A stretch of 64,000 bases of DNA from TPA_inf: Saccharomyces (lineage: Eukaryota), in assembly GCA_000146045.2 (NCBI GenBank), contig BK006935.2, positions 96,001 through 160,000 on the forward strand, written 5' to 3'. A program made the translations under genes and the position numbers. The first letter of the stretch is position 1. Each line of letters opens with the position of its first letter. This document shows, piece after piece, positions 24,225 to 34,798 of the stretch. Under the pieces are notes generated by a model. It saw nothing but the letters and a program-made list of their open reading frames with translations. It ran no database searches and was not told the origin of the DNA.

Positions 24225-27200
24225 ATGCCCTACATCGGTGCTTCCAACCTCTCAGAACATTCATTTGTTAATTTGAAGGAAAAACATGCGATTACACATA
24301 AAGGTACGAGCAGTTCTGTAGCATCTTTGCAGACACCACCGAGCCCCGATCAAGAGAACCATATTGACAATGAATTAGAAAATTACGATACGTCTTTAAG
24401 TGACGTTTCAACCCCGAATAAAAAGGAAGGTGATGAGTTCGAGCAAAGTTTAAGAGATACATTTGCGAGCTTTCGGAAGACTAAACCCCCACCTCCTTTA
24501 GATTTTGAACAACCAAGACTTCCTTCGACAGCTTCTTCATCCGTTGATTCAACCGTATCATCGCCCTTAACGGATGAAGACATAAAGGAGTTAGAGTTTC
24601 TTCCGAATGAATCAACTCATTCTTATTCGTACAATCCACTTTCGCCAAATTCCCTGGCAGTCAGATTGAGGATTTTGAAGAGATCATTGGAAATCATAAT
24701 ACAAAACCCAAGTATGCTACTGGAGCCTACTCCAGATGATTTGCCTCCTTTGAAAGAGTTTGCGGGCCGTAGGAGCAGTTTACCAAGGACATCGGCTTCT
24801 GCAAACCATTTAATGAACAGAAATAAGAGCCAGATTTGGAACACTACTTCCGCTACTTTAAATGCATTTGTAAATAATACCTCTTCCTCCTCAGCAGCAT
24901 CTTCTGCTTTATCTAACAAAAAACCGGGCACCCCAGTTTTCCCTAATTTGGATCCAACACATTCTCAAACATTCCATAGAGCCAACTCGTTGGCTTATTT
25001 ACCTTCCATCTTACCTGAGCAAGATCCGCTGCTCAAACATAATAATTCTTTATTTCGTGGCGACTATGGAAACAACATAAGTCCTGAAAGGCCAAGTTTT
25101 AGACAACCCTTCAAGGATCAAACTAGCAATCTCCGCAATAGCAGTTTACTCAATGAGAGGGCATATCAGGAAGATGAAACTTTTTTACCGCACCATGGAC
25201 CCTCTATGGATCTATTGAATGAACAAAGAGCGAACTTGAAAAGTCTTCTGAATTTATTAAACGAAACACTGGAGAAAAATACTTCCGAGAGAGCTTCGGA
25301 TCTTCATATGATATCGTTGTTCAATTTGAATAAACTAATGCTTGGAGATCCCAAGAAAAATAATTCAGAACGCGATAAAAGAACTGAAAAGCTTAAAAAG
25401 ATTTTGCTGGATAGTCTTGCAGAACCATTCTTTGAGCACTATAATTTTATTGGAGATAATCCGATCGCAGATACAGATGAACTAAAGGAGGAAATTGATG
25501 AATTTACAGGTTCTGGAGATACGACAGCGATAACAGATATACGGCCCCAACAGGACTATGGCCGCATATTGAGGACATTCACTTCTACCAAAAATTCCGC
25601 CCCACAGGCAATTTTTACATGTAGTCAGGAAGACCCTTGGCAATTCAGAGCTGCGAATGATCTAGCGTGCTTAGTATTCGGTATCTCACAGAATGCCATT
25701 CGCGCTTTAACCTTGATGGATTTAATTCACACCGATAGCAGAAATTTTGTTTTACACAAATTACTTTCTACGGAGGGTCAAGAAATGGTTTTCACAGGCG
25801 AAATCATTGGTATAGTTCAACCAGAAACACTCAGCTCATCCAAAGTAGTATGGGCATCGTTTTGGGCAAAAAGGAAAAACGGCTTATTAGTTTGTGTTTT
25901 CGAAAAGGTTCCTTGCGATTATGTTGATGTACTTTTGAACCTGGATGATTTTGGGGCCGAGAATATTGTAGACAAATGTGAGTTATTATCAGATGGACCC
26001 ACATTGTCTTCCTCTTCTACATTATCGCTACCTAAGATGGCTTCTTCACCAACTGGTAGTAAATTAGAGTATTCGTTGGAGAGGAAAATCCTGGAAAAGA
26101 GTTATACTAAGCCTACTTCAACAGAGAATCGCAACGGCGATGAAAACCAACTTGATGGAGATAGTCATTCTGAACCATCGCTGTCATCATCGCCAGTAAG
26201 GTCGAAGAAAAGTGTAAAGTTCGCAAATGATATTAAAGACGTCAAGAGTATAAGCCAATCGTTAGCCAAATTAATGGATGATGTGAGGAATGGGGTTGTA
26301 TTTGATCCCGATGACGACCTTTTGCCTATGCCCATCAAAGTTTGCAACCACATTAATGAAACAAGATATTTTACTCTAAATCATCTATCTTATAATATCC
26401 CATGCGCGGTTTCCTCCACTGTGTTGGAGGATGAGCTGAAATTAAAGATTCACAGTTTACCTTACCAGGCGGGTTTGTTTATTGTGGATTCGCATACTTT
26501 AGATATTGTAAGTTCCAATAAATCTATTTTAAAAAACATGTTTGGTTATCATTTTGCTGAGCTGGTGGGAAAATCCATTACTGAAATAATTCCTTCTTTC
26601 CCAAAATTCCTCCAATTTATAAATGACAAATATCCTGCGTTGGATATCACACTCCATAAAAATAAAGGTTTGGTATTAACAGAACATTTTTTTAGGAAAA
26701 TTCAGGCAGAGATTATGGGTGATCGTAAAAGCTTTTATACGTCGGTGGGTATTGATGGCCTTCATAGGGATGGCTGTGAAATCAAAATTGATTTCCAGCT
26801 GCGTGTCATGAATTCTAAAGTGATTTTGCTTTGGGTTACACATTCGAGAGACGTGGTATTTGAAGAATATAATACAAATCCATCTCAATTGAAGATGCTG
26901 AAGGAGAGTGAATTAAGTTTAATGAGCAGTGCAAGTAGTTCTGCCAGCTCTTCCAAAAAATCTTCGTCTAGGATATCCACCGGGACATTAAAGGACATGA
27001 GTAATCTGTCAACATATGAGGATTTGGCCCACCGAACGAATAAGCTTAAGTATGAAATCGGAGATGATTCTAGAGCACATTCTCAATCTACTTTGTCCGA
27101 GCAGGAACAAGTTCCCCTGGAAAACGATAAGGACAGTGGCGAGATGATGCTTGCAGACCCCGAAATGAAGCACAAGTTAGAATTGGCCAGAATTTACTCA

Positions 27201-28295
27201 AGAGATAAATCTCAATTTGTGAAAGAAGGAAATTTTAAAGTTGACGAAAATTTGATTATTAGCAAAATTTCACTTTCCCCAAGCACTGAATCCTTAGCAG
27301 ATTCTAAAAGTTCTGGGAAAGGGCTTTCTCCACTTGAAGAGGAAAAGCTAATTGACGAAAACGCTACAGAAAACGGATTAGCGGGATCACCTAAAGACGA
27401 AGACGGAATCATAATGACTAACAAGCGAGGAAACCAACCTGTTAGTACTTTCCTACGCACCCCCGAAAAGAACATCGGTGCTCAAAAGCATGTTAAGAAG
27501 TTTTCGGACTTCGTAAGTCTGCAAAAAATGGGTGAAGGTGCATATGGTAAGGTCAACCTATGTATTCATAAGAAGAATAGGTATATTGTGGTGATTAAGA
27601 TGATTTTTAAAGAAAGAATCCTTGTAGATACATGGGTTAGAGATAGGAAATTAGGCACTATACCTTCTGAGATCCAAATTATGGCCACGTTGAACAAAAA
27701 ACCACATGAGAATATTTTACGGTTACTGGATTTTTTTGAAGACGACGATTACTATTATATCGAAACTCCCGTACATGGTGAAACAGGATGTATAGATCTT
27801 TTCGATCTAATTGAATTTAAAACCAACATGACCGAATTTGAAGCAAAATTGATATTCAAGCAGGTTGTAGCGGGAATAAAACATCTACACGACCAGGGTA
27901 TTGTTCACAGAGATATCAAGGATGAGAATGTTATCGTAGATTCTAAAGGCTTTGTTAAGATTATTGATTTTGGATCTGCTGCGTATGTCAAAAGCGGACC
28001 ATTTGATGTTTTTGTTGGGACAATAGATTATGCTGCCCCTGAAGTCTTAGGAGGAAACCCTTATGAGGGCCAACCACAGGATATTTGGGCTATTGGTATT
28101 CTATTGTATACGGTGGTCTTCAAAGAAAACCCCTTCTACAATATAGATGAAATATTAGAAGGCGACCTGAAATTCAATAATGCAGAGGAAGTTAGTGAAG
28201 ATTGCATTGAGTTAATCAAGAGTATTTTGAACCGTTGCGTACCGAAGAGACCCACCATTGACGACATAAATAACGACAAATGGTTGGTTATTTGA
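24225..28295 (+). CDS. PSK1: PAS-domain Ser/Thr protein kinase
   Basis: 1356-aa ORF. C-terminal kinase domain with GEGAYGKV, HRDIKDEN, DFGSA, APE motifs. N-terminal PAS regions. Recognised as Psk1. Confidence 0.94.
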   Translation: MPYIGASNLSEHSFVNLKEKHAITHKGTSSSVASLQTPPSPDQENHIDNELENYDTSLSDVSTPNKKEGDEFEQSLRDTFASFRKTKPPPPLDFEQPRLPSTASSSVDSTVSSPLTDEDIKELEFLPNESTHSYSYNPLSPNSLAVRLRILKRSLEIIIQNPSMLLEPTPDDLPPLKEFAGRRSSLPRTSASANHLMNRNKSQIWNTTSATLNAFVNNTSSSSAASSALSNKKPGTPVFPNLDPTHSQTFHRANSLAYLPSILPEQDPLLKHNNSLFRGDYGNNISPERPSFRQPFKDQTSNLRNSSLLNERAYQEDETFLPHHGPSMDLLNEQRANLKSLLNLLNETLEKNTSERASDLHMISLFNLNKLMLGDPKKNNSERDKRTEKLKKILLDSLAEPFFEHYNFIGDNPIADTDELKEEIDEFTGSGDTTAITDIRPQQDYGRILRTFTSTKNSAPQAIFTCSQEDPWQFRAANDLACLVFGISQNAIRALTLMDLIHTDSRNFVLHKLLSTEGQEMVFTGEIIGIVQPETLSSSKVVWASFWAKRKNGLLVCVFEKVPCDYVDVLLNLDDFGAENIVDKCELLSDGPTLSSSSTLSLPKMASSPTGSKLEYSLERKILEKSYTKPTSTENRNGDENQLDGDSHSEPSLSSSPVRSKKSVKFANDIKDVKSISQSLAKLMDDVRNGVVFDPDDDLLPMPIKVCNHINETRYFTLNHLSYNIPCAVSSTVLEDELKLKIHSLPYQAGLFIVDSHTLDIVSSNKSILKNMFGYHFAELVGKSITEIIPSFPKFLQFINDKYPALDITLHKNKGLVLTEHFFRKIQAEIMGDRKSFYTSVGIDGLHRDGCEIKIDFQLRVMNSKVILLWVTHSRDVVFEEYNTNPSQLKMLKESELSLMSSASSSASSSKKSSSRISTGTLKDMSNLSTYEDLAHRTNKLKYEIGDDSRAHSQSTLSEQEQVPLENDKDSGEMMLADPEMKHKLELARIYSRDKSQFVKEGNFKVDENLIISKISLSPSTESLADSKSSGKGLSPLEEEKLIDENATENGLAGSPKDEDGIIMTNKRGNQPVSTFLRTPEKNIGAQKHVKKFSDFVSLQKMGEGAYGKVNLCIHKKNRYIVVIKMIFKERILVDTWVRDRKLGTIPSEIQIMATLNKKPHENILRLLDFFEDDDYYYIETPVHGETGCIDLFDLIEFKTNMTEFEAKLIFKQVVAGIKHLHDQGIVHRDIKDENVIVDSKGFVKIIDFGSAAYVKSGPFDVFVGTIDYAAPEVLGGNPYEGQPQDIWAIGILLYTVVFKENPFYNIDEILEGDLKFNNAEEVSEDCIELIKSILNRCVPKRPTIDDINNDKWLVI

Positions 28296-28513
28296 AGGAT
28301 TAATGATCATTCTAGGACATTAGTAATTGGAAAAGAAAATGCAAAAAAATATCCAGTAGAAACAATGCTTGGTATGTCGTTCTTCTTACTTTCTTCAGTA
28401 ATGAGTTGGTAGTTTTCTCTATTTAAATATGAATAAATCAATATGTACTTTCTTTCTTTAATCAAAATGTTAATATGATAAAAATACAGCATCCAAAGCA
28501 GTTAATCAAGACT

Positions 28514-28524
28514 TAAATATAAAA
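28514..28524 (-). promoter_or_regulatory. Perfect 11/11 ARS consensus match (TTTTATATTTA on the minus strand) in the PSK1-TPD3 intergenic region; candidate ARS107 core
   Basis: WTTTAYRTTTW match read directly. The placement of ARS107 in this intergene is from memory only. Confidence 0.45.
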
Positions 28525-28878
28525 AATTTACATATTTAGAAAACAAAGATAGGGTAAATATTGAAATTACATAGTAAACCATACCTTAAAAGCAGAAATA
28601 CTGATACCACATGAACTATTGATCAATACTACTGCTATTCTCTTCCTAATGCAAAGAGCTTATTACCATTATTAAATCACTACAGACGATAATACCCGGA
28701 ATGCCCTTTTTGCAGGGAAAGCGAAAAAGGTGAAAGAGTTAACAGGAGAAAGTGTTAGGGAACTAAGTTACGAAGGAAGGCAGATAGCAACAATACTAAC
28801 GTGGAACTTATTTCGACGACTATAACAACTGGTATCTGATTATCGAAGAATAATTGAGTGGTCAGAAAGGAGCGAAAT

Positions 28879-30786
28879 ATGTCTGGAGCAAGATCAACAA
28901 CGGCAGGTGCCGTGCCCTCGGCAGCAACAACATCAACAACATCAACAACGTCAAACTCTAAGGACTCAGACTCTAACGAGTCATTATATCCCTTGGCTCT
29001 GCTTATGGATGAGTTAAAACATGATGATATTGCTAATAGGGTAGAAGCCATGAAAAAACTAGATACCATCGCGTTGGCACTCGGTCCCGAAAGAACAAGA
29101 AACGAGTTGATTCCCTTTTTAACGGAAGTTGCACAAGATGATGAAGATGAGGTGTTTGCCGTTTTAGCCGAACAGTTAGGAAAATTTGTCCCCTACATTG
29201 GCGGTCCTCAATACGCCACAATCCTATTACCAGTTTTGGAAATTTTGGCATCTGCAGAAGAAACTTTGGTTAGAGAAAAGGCCGTAGATTCTCTGAATAA
29301 CGTGGCCCAAGAACTTTCTCAAGAACAATTATTTAGTGACTTCGTCCCTTTAATTGAACATTTAGCTACTGCAGATTGGTTTTCTTCAAAAGTTTCTGCT
29401 TGTGGTCTTTTCAAGTCTGTTATTGTTAGAATCAAAGATGATTCATTGAGAAAGAATATCCTGGCTTTATACTTACAACTCGCTCAAGATGATACTCCAA
29501 TGGTGAAAAGGGCCGTCGGTAAAAACCTGCCCATCTTGATCGATCTGTTGACTCAAAATTTGGGATTATCTACAGACGAAGATTGGGATTACATTTCTAA
29601 CATTTTCCAGAAAATCATTAACGATAATCAAGATTCTGTCAAGTTTCTGGCAGTTGATTGTTTAATTTCCATCTTGAAATTTTTTAACGCTAAAGGTGAT
29701 GAGTCTCACACTCAAGATTTATTGAACTCTGCTGTCAAATTAATTGGTGACGAAGCGTGGAGGGTACGTTACATGGCTGCCGATAGATTTTCAGATTTAG
29801 CCTCGCAATTCAGTTCCAACCAAGCATATATCGATGAATTAGTACAACCATTTTTGAACCTTTGTGAGGACAACGAGGGAGATGTTAGGGAAGCTGTGGC
29901 TAAACAAGTTTCTGGGTTTGCCAAGTTCCTAAATGATCCTTCAATTATATTGAATAAGATCTTACCTGCTGTGCAGAATTTGAGTATGGACGAAAGTGAA
30001 ACAGTGAGATCTGCTTTGGCTTCTAAGATTACAAATATTGTATTACTGTTGAATAAAGATCAAGTCATTAACAATTTTCTTCCGATTTTACTGAATATGC
30101 TAAGAGATGAGTTCCCTGACGTTCGTTTAAATATCATTGCCAGCTTGAAGGTTGTCAATGACGTAATAGGAATTGAGCTGCTATCAGACTCTTTGTTACC
30201 TGCCATAACAGAATTAGCCAAGGACGTGAATTGGAGAGTTAGAATGGCTATAATTGAGTACATACCTATCTTGGCAGAACAATTAGGTATGCAATTTTTT
30301 GACCAACAGTTAAGCGATTTATGTCTTTCATGGTTGTGGGATACTGTTTATTCTATCAGAGAAGCCGCAGTGAATAATTTAAAAAGGTTAACGGAAATAT
30401 TTGGCTCTGATTGGTGTCGTGATGAAATTATTTCAAGACTGCTCAAATTTGATCTACAATTACTGGAAAATTTTGTCTCGAGGTTCACAATACTCTCTGC
30501 TCTAACCACTTTGGTGCCCGTGGTATCGTTAGATGTCGTTACTGAGCAACTATTACCATTCATTTCTCACTTGGCTGATGACGGTGTTCCAAATATTAGG
30601 TTTAATGTGGCCAAATCCTACGCTGTGATAGTGAAGGTTTTAATTAAGGACGAGGCCAAATATGATGCATTAATTAAGAACACAATTTTACCCTCATTGC
30701 AAACGCTGTGTCAAGACGAAGATGTTGATGTAAAATACTTCGCTAAGAAAAGTTTGGCAGAATGTCAAGAACTTTTAAAAAATTGA
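28879..30786 (+). CDS. TPD3: Protein phosphatase 2A scaffold (A) subunit, HEAT repeats
   Basis: Track ORF starts 7 codons upstream (MVRKERN). The known protein starts MSGARSTTAGAV. HEAT-repeat periodicity runs throughout. Confidence 0.92.
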   Translation: MSGARSTTAGAVPSAATTSTTSTTSNSKDSDSNESLYPLALLMDELKHDDIANRVEAMKKLDTIALALGPERTRNELIPFLTEVAQDDEDEVFAVLAEQLGKFVPYIGGPQYATILLPVLEILASAEETLVREKAVDSLNNVAQELSQEQLFSDFVPLIEHLATADWFSSKVSACGLFKSVIVRIKDDSLRKNILALYLQLAQDDTPMVKRAVGKNLPILIDLLTQNLGLSTDEDWDYISNIFQKIINDNQDSVKFLAVDCLISILKFFNAKGDESHTQDLLNSAVKLIGDEAWRVRYMAADRFSDLASQFSSNQAYIDELVQPFLNLCEDNEGDVREAVAKQVSGFAKFLNDPSIILNKILPAVQNLSMDESETVRSALASKITNIVLLLNKDQVINNFLPILLNMLRDEFPDVRLNIIASLKVVNDVIGIELLSDSLLPAITELAKDVNWRVRMAIIEYIPILAEQLGMQFFDQQLSDLCLSWLWDTVYSIREAAVNNLKRLTEIFGSDWCRDEIISRLLKFDLQLLENFVSRFTILSALTTLVPVVSLDVVTEQLLPFISHLADDGVPNIRFNVAKSYAVIVKVLIKDEAKYDALIKNTILPSLQTLCQDEDVDVKYFAKKSLAECQELLKN

Positions 30787-30902
30787 TACTAGTTCAAATA
30801 TATACATACATACACATATGTACACTTGAATGAATAAAAAGTATACATATTAACAACTAGGCCTGCTTTCTTTTCTTTTCTTTTTTTTTTTTTTTACCAC
30901 AC

Positions 30903-32102
30903 TTAGTCCTCTACTTTAACAGAAATATCATTTTCCAGTTTGACCATAGTTTCTTCAACTGTTTTCTCCTCGTGTTTAACATTGATTTCCGCCTCCACGT
31001 TCAGTTCACGTTTTCCTTCCAGGTATTTCACCCACTTTGGATAACTCATGATATTTTGCTGGATTTCCTTGTACAATTGAGACTGCAAATCCCAATCTAA
31101 GGAGCTTCTGGGATCATCCGGTGGCAAGAATTGTAACATGTCACCAAGGTTCCTCGATTTAGTGATTATTTGTCCAAATCCAACCAGCAACCCATTTATT
31201 TCTGTCCAAAGCCCCTTAGGCAGCCAATTTTGTAATTGAGTTCTTGTCTGATCTGGAGTCTTGCATTTCTGCGCATCTACCCATTTCCAAAGCTTGGTCA
31301 ATCTATCCACGTGAACGTCAACGCAGATACCTTCAATCTTGCCCCATGCCTTTTGTAATGTTAGATAAGCCATTTTGGGCCCTACACCGGGCAGGCCCAA
31401 TAGCTCATTAATCGTAGCTGGAACATCACTCGAAAACTGATCTTGAAGGATTTTGCAGGTTGACAAAATATACTTGGCCTTCCTTGTGTGGAACCCAACT
31501 GAATGAATCAATTCGTCTAATTTGGTCTCATTGATTTGTAAAACGGCCTCTAATGTCATACCTTCTTCGCTGTGCAGTTCGTCTATACAATACCGCATTA
31601 TGTTAAGCATTGCCATTGCGGTAACTTCATCTTTTGTTTGCGATGATAGCATCACCCCAAGAAGGACCTGTAATCTGTAGTCCCTCGGTGATATCTGCTC
31701 TTTCGAGATACCACACTTAGAGGCAACCGTTACAGGAATGGATGATCCACCAATTATATCGACGGGGGCTAGAATCTTAGATCTCAGTACTCGCATTCTA
31801 GCGTATGTTTCTTGAAACTTGTAAGGGACTTTCGTCGAGGCCGGAGTGACAAGGATCGAGGGGTCCAATGGTGTGGCCCACCTGTTGGGCACATTGCCGT
31901 TTCTAACCACAATCCATTCGAAGTACTGCTTATTTGGCAGCGATTTAACCCAGTCGATATCCACGGGTTGAGGGACAACCTCTTCTTGTTTGATTTTGGT
32001 CCTTTTCTCCGGTAGGAGTTCTGATTCTGGCCCAGTTTCAGTCTTTACCAGCGGTCTTTTCCTCAGAATTGCCATAGATGAGTATTTACTGATCTTTTGC
32101 AT
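30903..32102 (-). CDS. NTG1: Endonuclease III-like DNA N-glycosylase/AP lyase (HhH-GPD)
   Basis: 399-aa ORF with helix-hairpin-helix LPGVGPKMA and the GPD motif region. No C-terminal Cys4 cluster, which is consistent with Ntg1 rather than Ntg2. Confidence 0.93.
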   Translation of the reverse strand: MQKISKYSSMAILRKRPLVKTETGPESELLPEKRTKIKQEEVVPQPVDIDWVKSLPNKQYFEWIVVRNGNVPNRWATPLDPSILVTPASTKVPYKFQETYARMRVLRSKILAPVDIIGGSSIPVTVASKCGISKEQISPRDYRLQVLLGVMLSSQTKDEVTAMAMLNIMRYCIDELHSEEGMTLEAVLQINETKLDELIHSVGFHTRKAKYILSTCKILQDQFSSDVPATINELLGLPGVGPKMAYLTLQKAWGKIEGICVDVHVDRLTKLWKWVDAQKCKTPDQTRTQLQNWLPKGLWTEINGLLVGFGQIITKSRNLGDMLQFLPPDDPRSSLDWDLQSQLYKEIQQNIMSYPKWVKYLEGKRELNVEAEINVKHEEKTVEETMVKLENDISVKVED

Positions 32103-32251
32103 ATTTTTTTTTTTTTTGGGCTATAAAGTATATATAGATACAAATATATGATGAATCATTAAAGAGGAGGTTATTACTAAGTGAAAGAAAAAGAAAAAAA
32201 AAAAGATCAAAACCAAACTTCGTATTCGAGCCTAAAAAACAGAATATAATG

Positions 32252-33019
32252 TTATAATACTAATAGAAGCAACAGGAGCACCACTATCAGCACAAGAATA
32301 ATCACGCAGTTGCCGTTATCCTTGAACCTAGAATTGTTAAAGCCATGCATGGACCGAGAGGCCCTGTTCAAATTCCTACCATTATTATCAATCAGGTTTT
32401 CTAAATCAACCAGCAGCGAGTCGTTCTGAGAAACGATCTCATTATTAAGGTCCAGCGAAATGTCATGAGTCCTCCCAATAGACTGAGACAGTGCGCCCAA
32501 GTGGGAATCTTGCTCTAACAACTGCTGTTGCTGGTTAATAAATAGTTCTTGGTTGGAAACCATGGGTTGTGGTGGCTGTGGCTGTGACTGTGACTGTAAC
32601 TGCGATTGCAATGGTTCATCCTTGTATGGAGTATGCGTCGAAGGCAGCGGCGACTCCTCGTCTTGTTCATCGTCATCCTTATACATGACCGTAAGCTCGT
32701 CATCATTCTTGAACCGCACTTTTTTCAAAGACTCTTTGGACACCTCATCAGTATTTCTTGCCACCTGCTGTTGGAACCTATACAACTCCTTGTCAACCGC
32801 CGTATCAGGAATTTTGTCCAGTATGGTATTGTATCGGGATATTAGTTCATCATTGGGCGCACACTTCTGCAATAACTCCAATATTGAGCCCAATTGCCGT
32901 TTCAAAGTAACGTTATCGTTTGAGGTCGGGGCGAGCTTCAACACCGACACTAGCCTTGTTCTTTCTTCGACCAGATCAGAGAGCTGGTCCAGTTCATAAC
33001 CCAGCTTCAACACATCCAT
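32252..33019 (-). CDS. SYN8: Endosomal syntaxin-like t-SNARE with C-terminal TM anchor
   Basis: 255-aa ORF. Coiled-coil SNARE motif followed by a hydrophobic C-terminal tail ([17 protein letters not shown]). Confidence 0.9.
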
Positions 33020-33269
33020 ACCGTGTGTGCTTACGCATCTATTTGCTGTCGTGAGATCTGTCTCTATGCTTTATTCGTTTTCCATTGTAAAGTCTCAGCA
33101 TTTATTTCTTGTTCTTTACTTGTTTTTGCCCTTTCGGGTGATCAAAGTCGTGCTGGGAAATTTTATTCTTATAAAATGATTTTTAGAAATAATAAACTCA
33201 TAACAGTGCAACGGCAAAGTACAAGGGAAGGAAGCACAGAAGCAAGAGGAGGCGCATCGATCGTGGCAG

Positions 33270-34487
33270 ATGAGTCAGCAAACACCACAGGAAAGTGAAC
33301 AGACCACAGCGAAAGAACAGGACCTTGATCAAGAGAGCGTGTTGAGCAACATTGACTTCAATACGGATTTGAATCACAATTTGAATTTATCGGAATACTG
33401 TATATCCAGTGACGCAGGAACAGAGAAGATGGATAGCGACGAGGAGAAGTCGTTGGCCAATCTGCCGGAGTTGAAATACGCTCCCAAGCTATCCAGCCTG
33501 GTGAAGCAAGAGACGCTCACCGAGAGCTTGAAAAGACCACACGAAGATGAGAAAGAGGCGATAGATGAGGCCAAGAAGATGAAAGTGCCGGGAGAGAACG
33601 AGGACGAAAGCAAGGAAGAGGAAAAGAGTCAAGAACTGGAAGAGGCAATTGACAGCAAGGAGAAGAGCACCGACGCCAGGGACGAGCAAGGGGACGAAGG
33701 TGATAATGAGGAGGAAAACAACGAGGAGGATAATGAAAACGAAAACGAGCATACAGCACCGCCTGCGCTGGTGATGCCCTCCCCCATCGAAATGGAGGAA
33801 CAGAGGATGACTGCGCTGAAGGAAATCACCGACATCGAGTACAAGTTCGCGCAATTGCGCCAAAAACTATATGACAATCAATTGGTGCGGTTGCAAACGG
33901 AGCTGCAGATGTGTCTGGAAGGGTCACACCCGGAATTGCAGGTCTACTACTCGAAGATTGCCGCGATCCGTGACTACAAGCTACACCGAGCGTACCAGCG
34001 ACAGAAGTACGAGCTTTCATGCATCAACACAGAAACAATCGCTACCAGGACATTCATTCACCAGGACTTCCACAAGAAGGTCACCGACCTGCGAGCCAGG
34101 CTGCTGAACAGAACCACGCAGACCTGGTACGATATCAACAAGGAGCGCCGCGATATGGATATAGTCATCCCAGATGTCAATTACCACGTCCCCATCAAAC
34201 TTGATAACAAGACGCTGAGCTGTATCACGGGCTACGCCAGCGCAGCACAGCTGTGCTATCCCGGCGAGCCCGTGGCAGAGGACCTCGCTTGCGAAAGCAT
34301 CGAGTACCGCTACAGAGCCAACCCGGTGGACAAACTCGAAGTCATTGTGGACCGAATGAGGCTCAATAACGAGATTAGCGACCTCGAAGGCCTGCGCAAA
34401 TATTTCCACTCCTTCCCGGGTGCTCCTGAGTTGAACCCGCTTAGAGACTCCGAAATCAACGACGACTTCCACCAGTGGGCCCAGTGA
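33270..34487 (+). CDS. DEP1: Rpd3L histone deacetylase complex component
   Basis: 405-aa ORF, acidic/charged N-terminal half. Recognised as Dep1. Confidence 0.9.
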   Translation: MSQQTPQESEQTTAKEQDLDQESVLSNIDFNTDLNHNLNLSEYCISSDAGTEKMDSDEEKSLANLPELKYAPKLSSLVKQETLTESLKRPHEDEKEAIDEAKKMKVPGENEDESKEEEKSQELEEAIDSKEKSTDARDEQGDEGDNEEENNEEDNENENEHTAPPALVMPSPIEMEEQRMTALKEITDIEYKFAQLRQKLYDNQLVRLQTELQMCLEGSHPELQVYYSKIAAIRDYKLHRAYQRQKYELSCINTETIATRTFIHQDFHKKVTDLRARLLNRTTQTWYDINKERRDMDIVIPDVNYHVPIKLDNKTLSCITGYASAAQLCYPGEPVAEDLACESIEYRYRANPVDKLEVIVDRMRLNNEISDLEGLRKYFHSFPGAPELNPLRDSEINDDFHQWAQ

Positions 34488-34581
34488 CCGCCACACTGGA
34501 CCCCATACCACTTCTTTTTGTTATTCTTAAATATGTTGTAACGCTATGTAATTCCACCCTTCATTACTAATAATTAGCCAT

Positions 34582-34589
34582 TCACGTGA
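34582..34589. promoter_or_regulatory. Cbf1 site TCACGTGA, followed 12 bp later by a TGTGGC core (Met31/Met32-like), about 210 bp upstream of the CYS3 ATG
   Basis: Motifs read directly. CYS3 belongs to the Met4/Cbf1/Met31-32 sulfur regulon (established). Confidence 0.7.
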
Positions 34590-34798
34590 TCTCAGCCAGT
34601 TGTGGCGCCACACTTTTTTTTCCATAAAAATCCTCGAGGAAAAGAAAAGAAAAAAATATTTCAGTTATTTAAAGCATAAGATGCCAGGTAGATGGAACTT
34701 GTGCCGTGCCAGATTGAATTTTGAAAGTACAATTGAGGCCTATACACATAGACATTTGCACCTTATACATATACACACAAGACAAAACCAAAAAAAAT

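Noticed and set aside
33374-34511. Multiple 60-164-aa overlapping ORFs on both strands within DEP1
   Set aside because: All are inside the DEP1 CDS, with Ser/Leu/Pro-rich low complexity reflecting the GAA/GAG-rich codon bias of DEP1. None has a recognisable domain or homolog.
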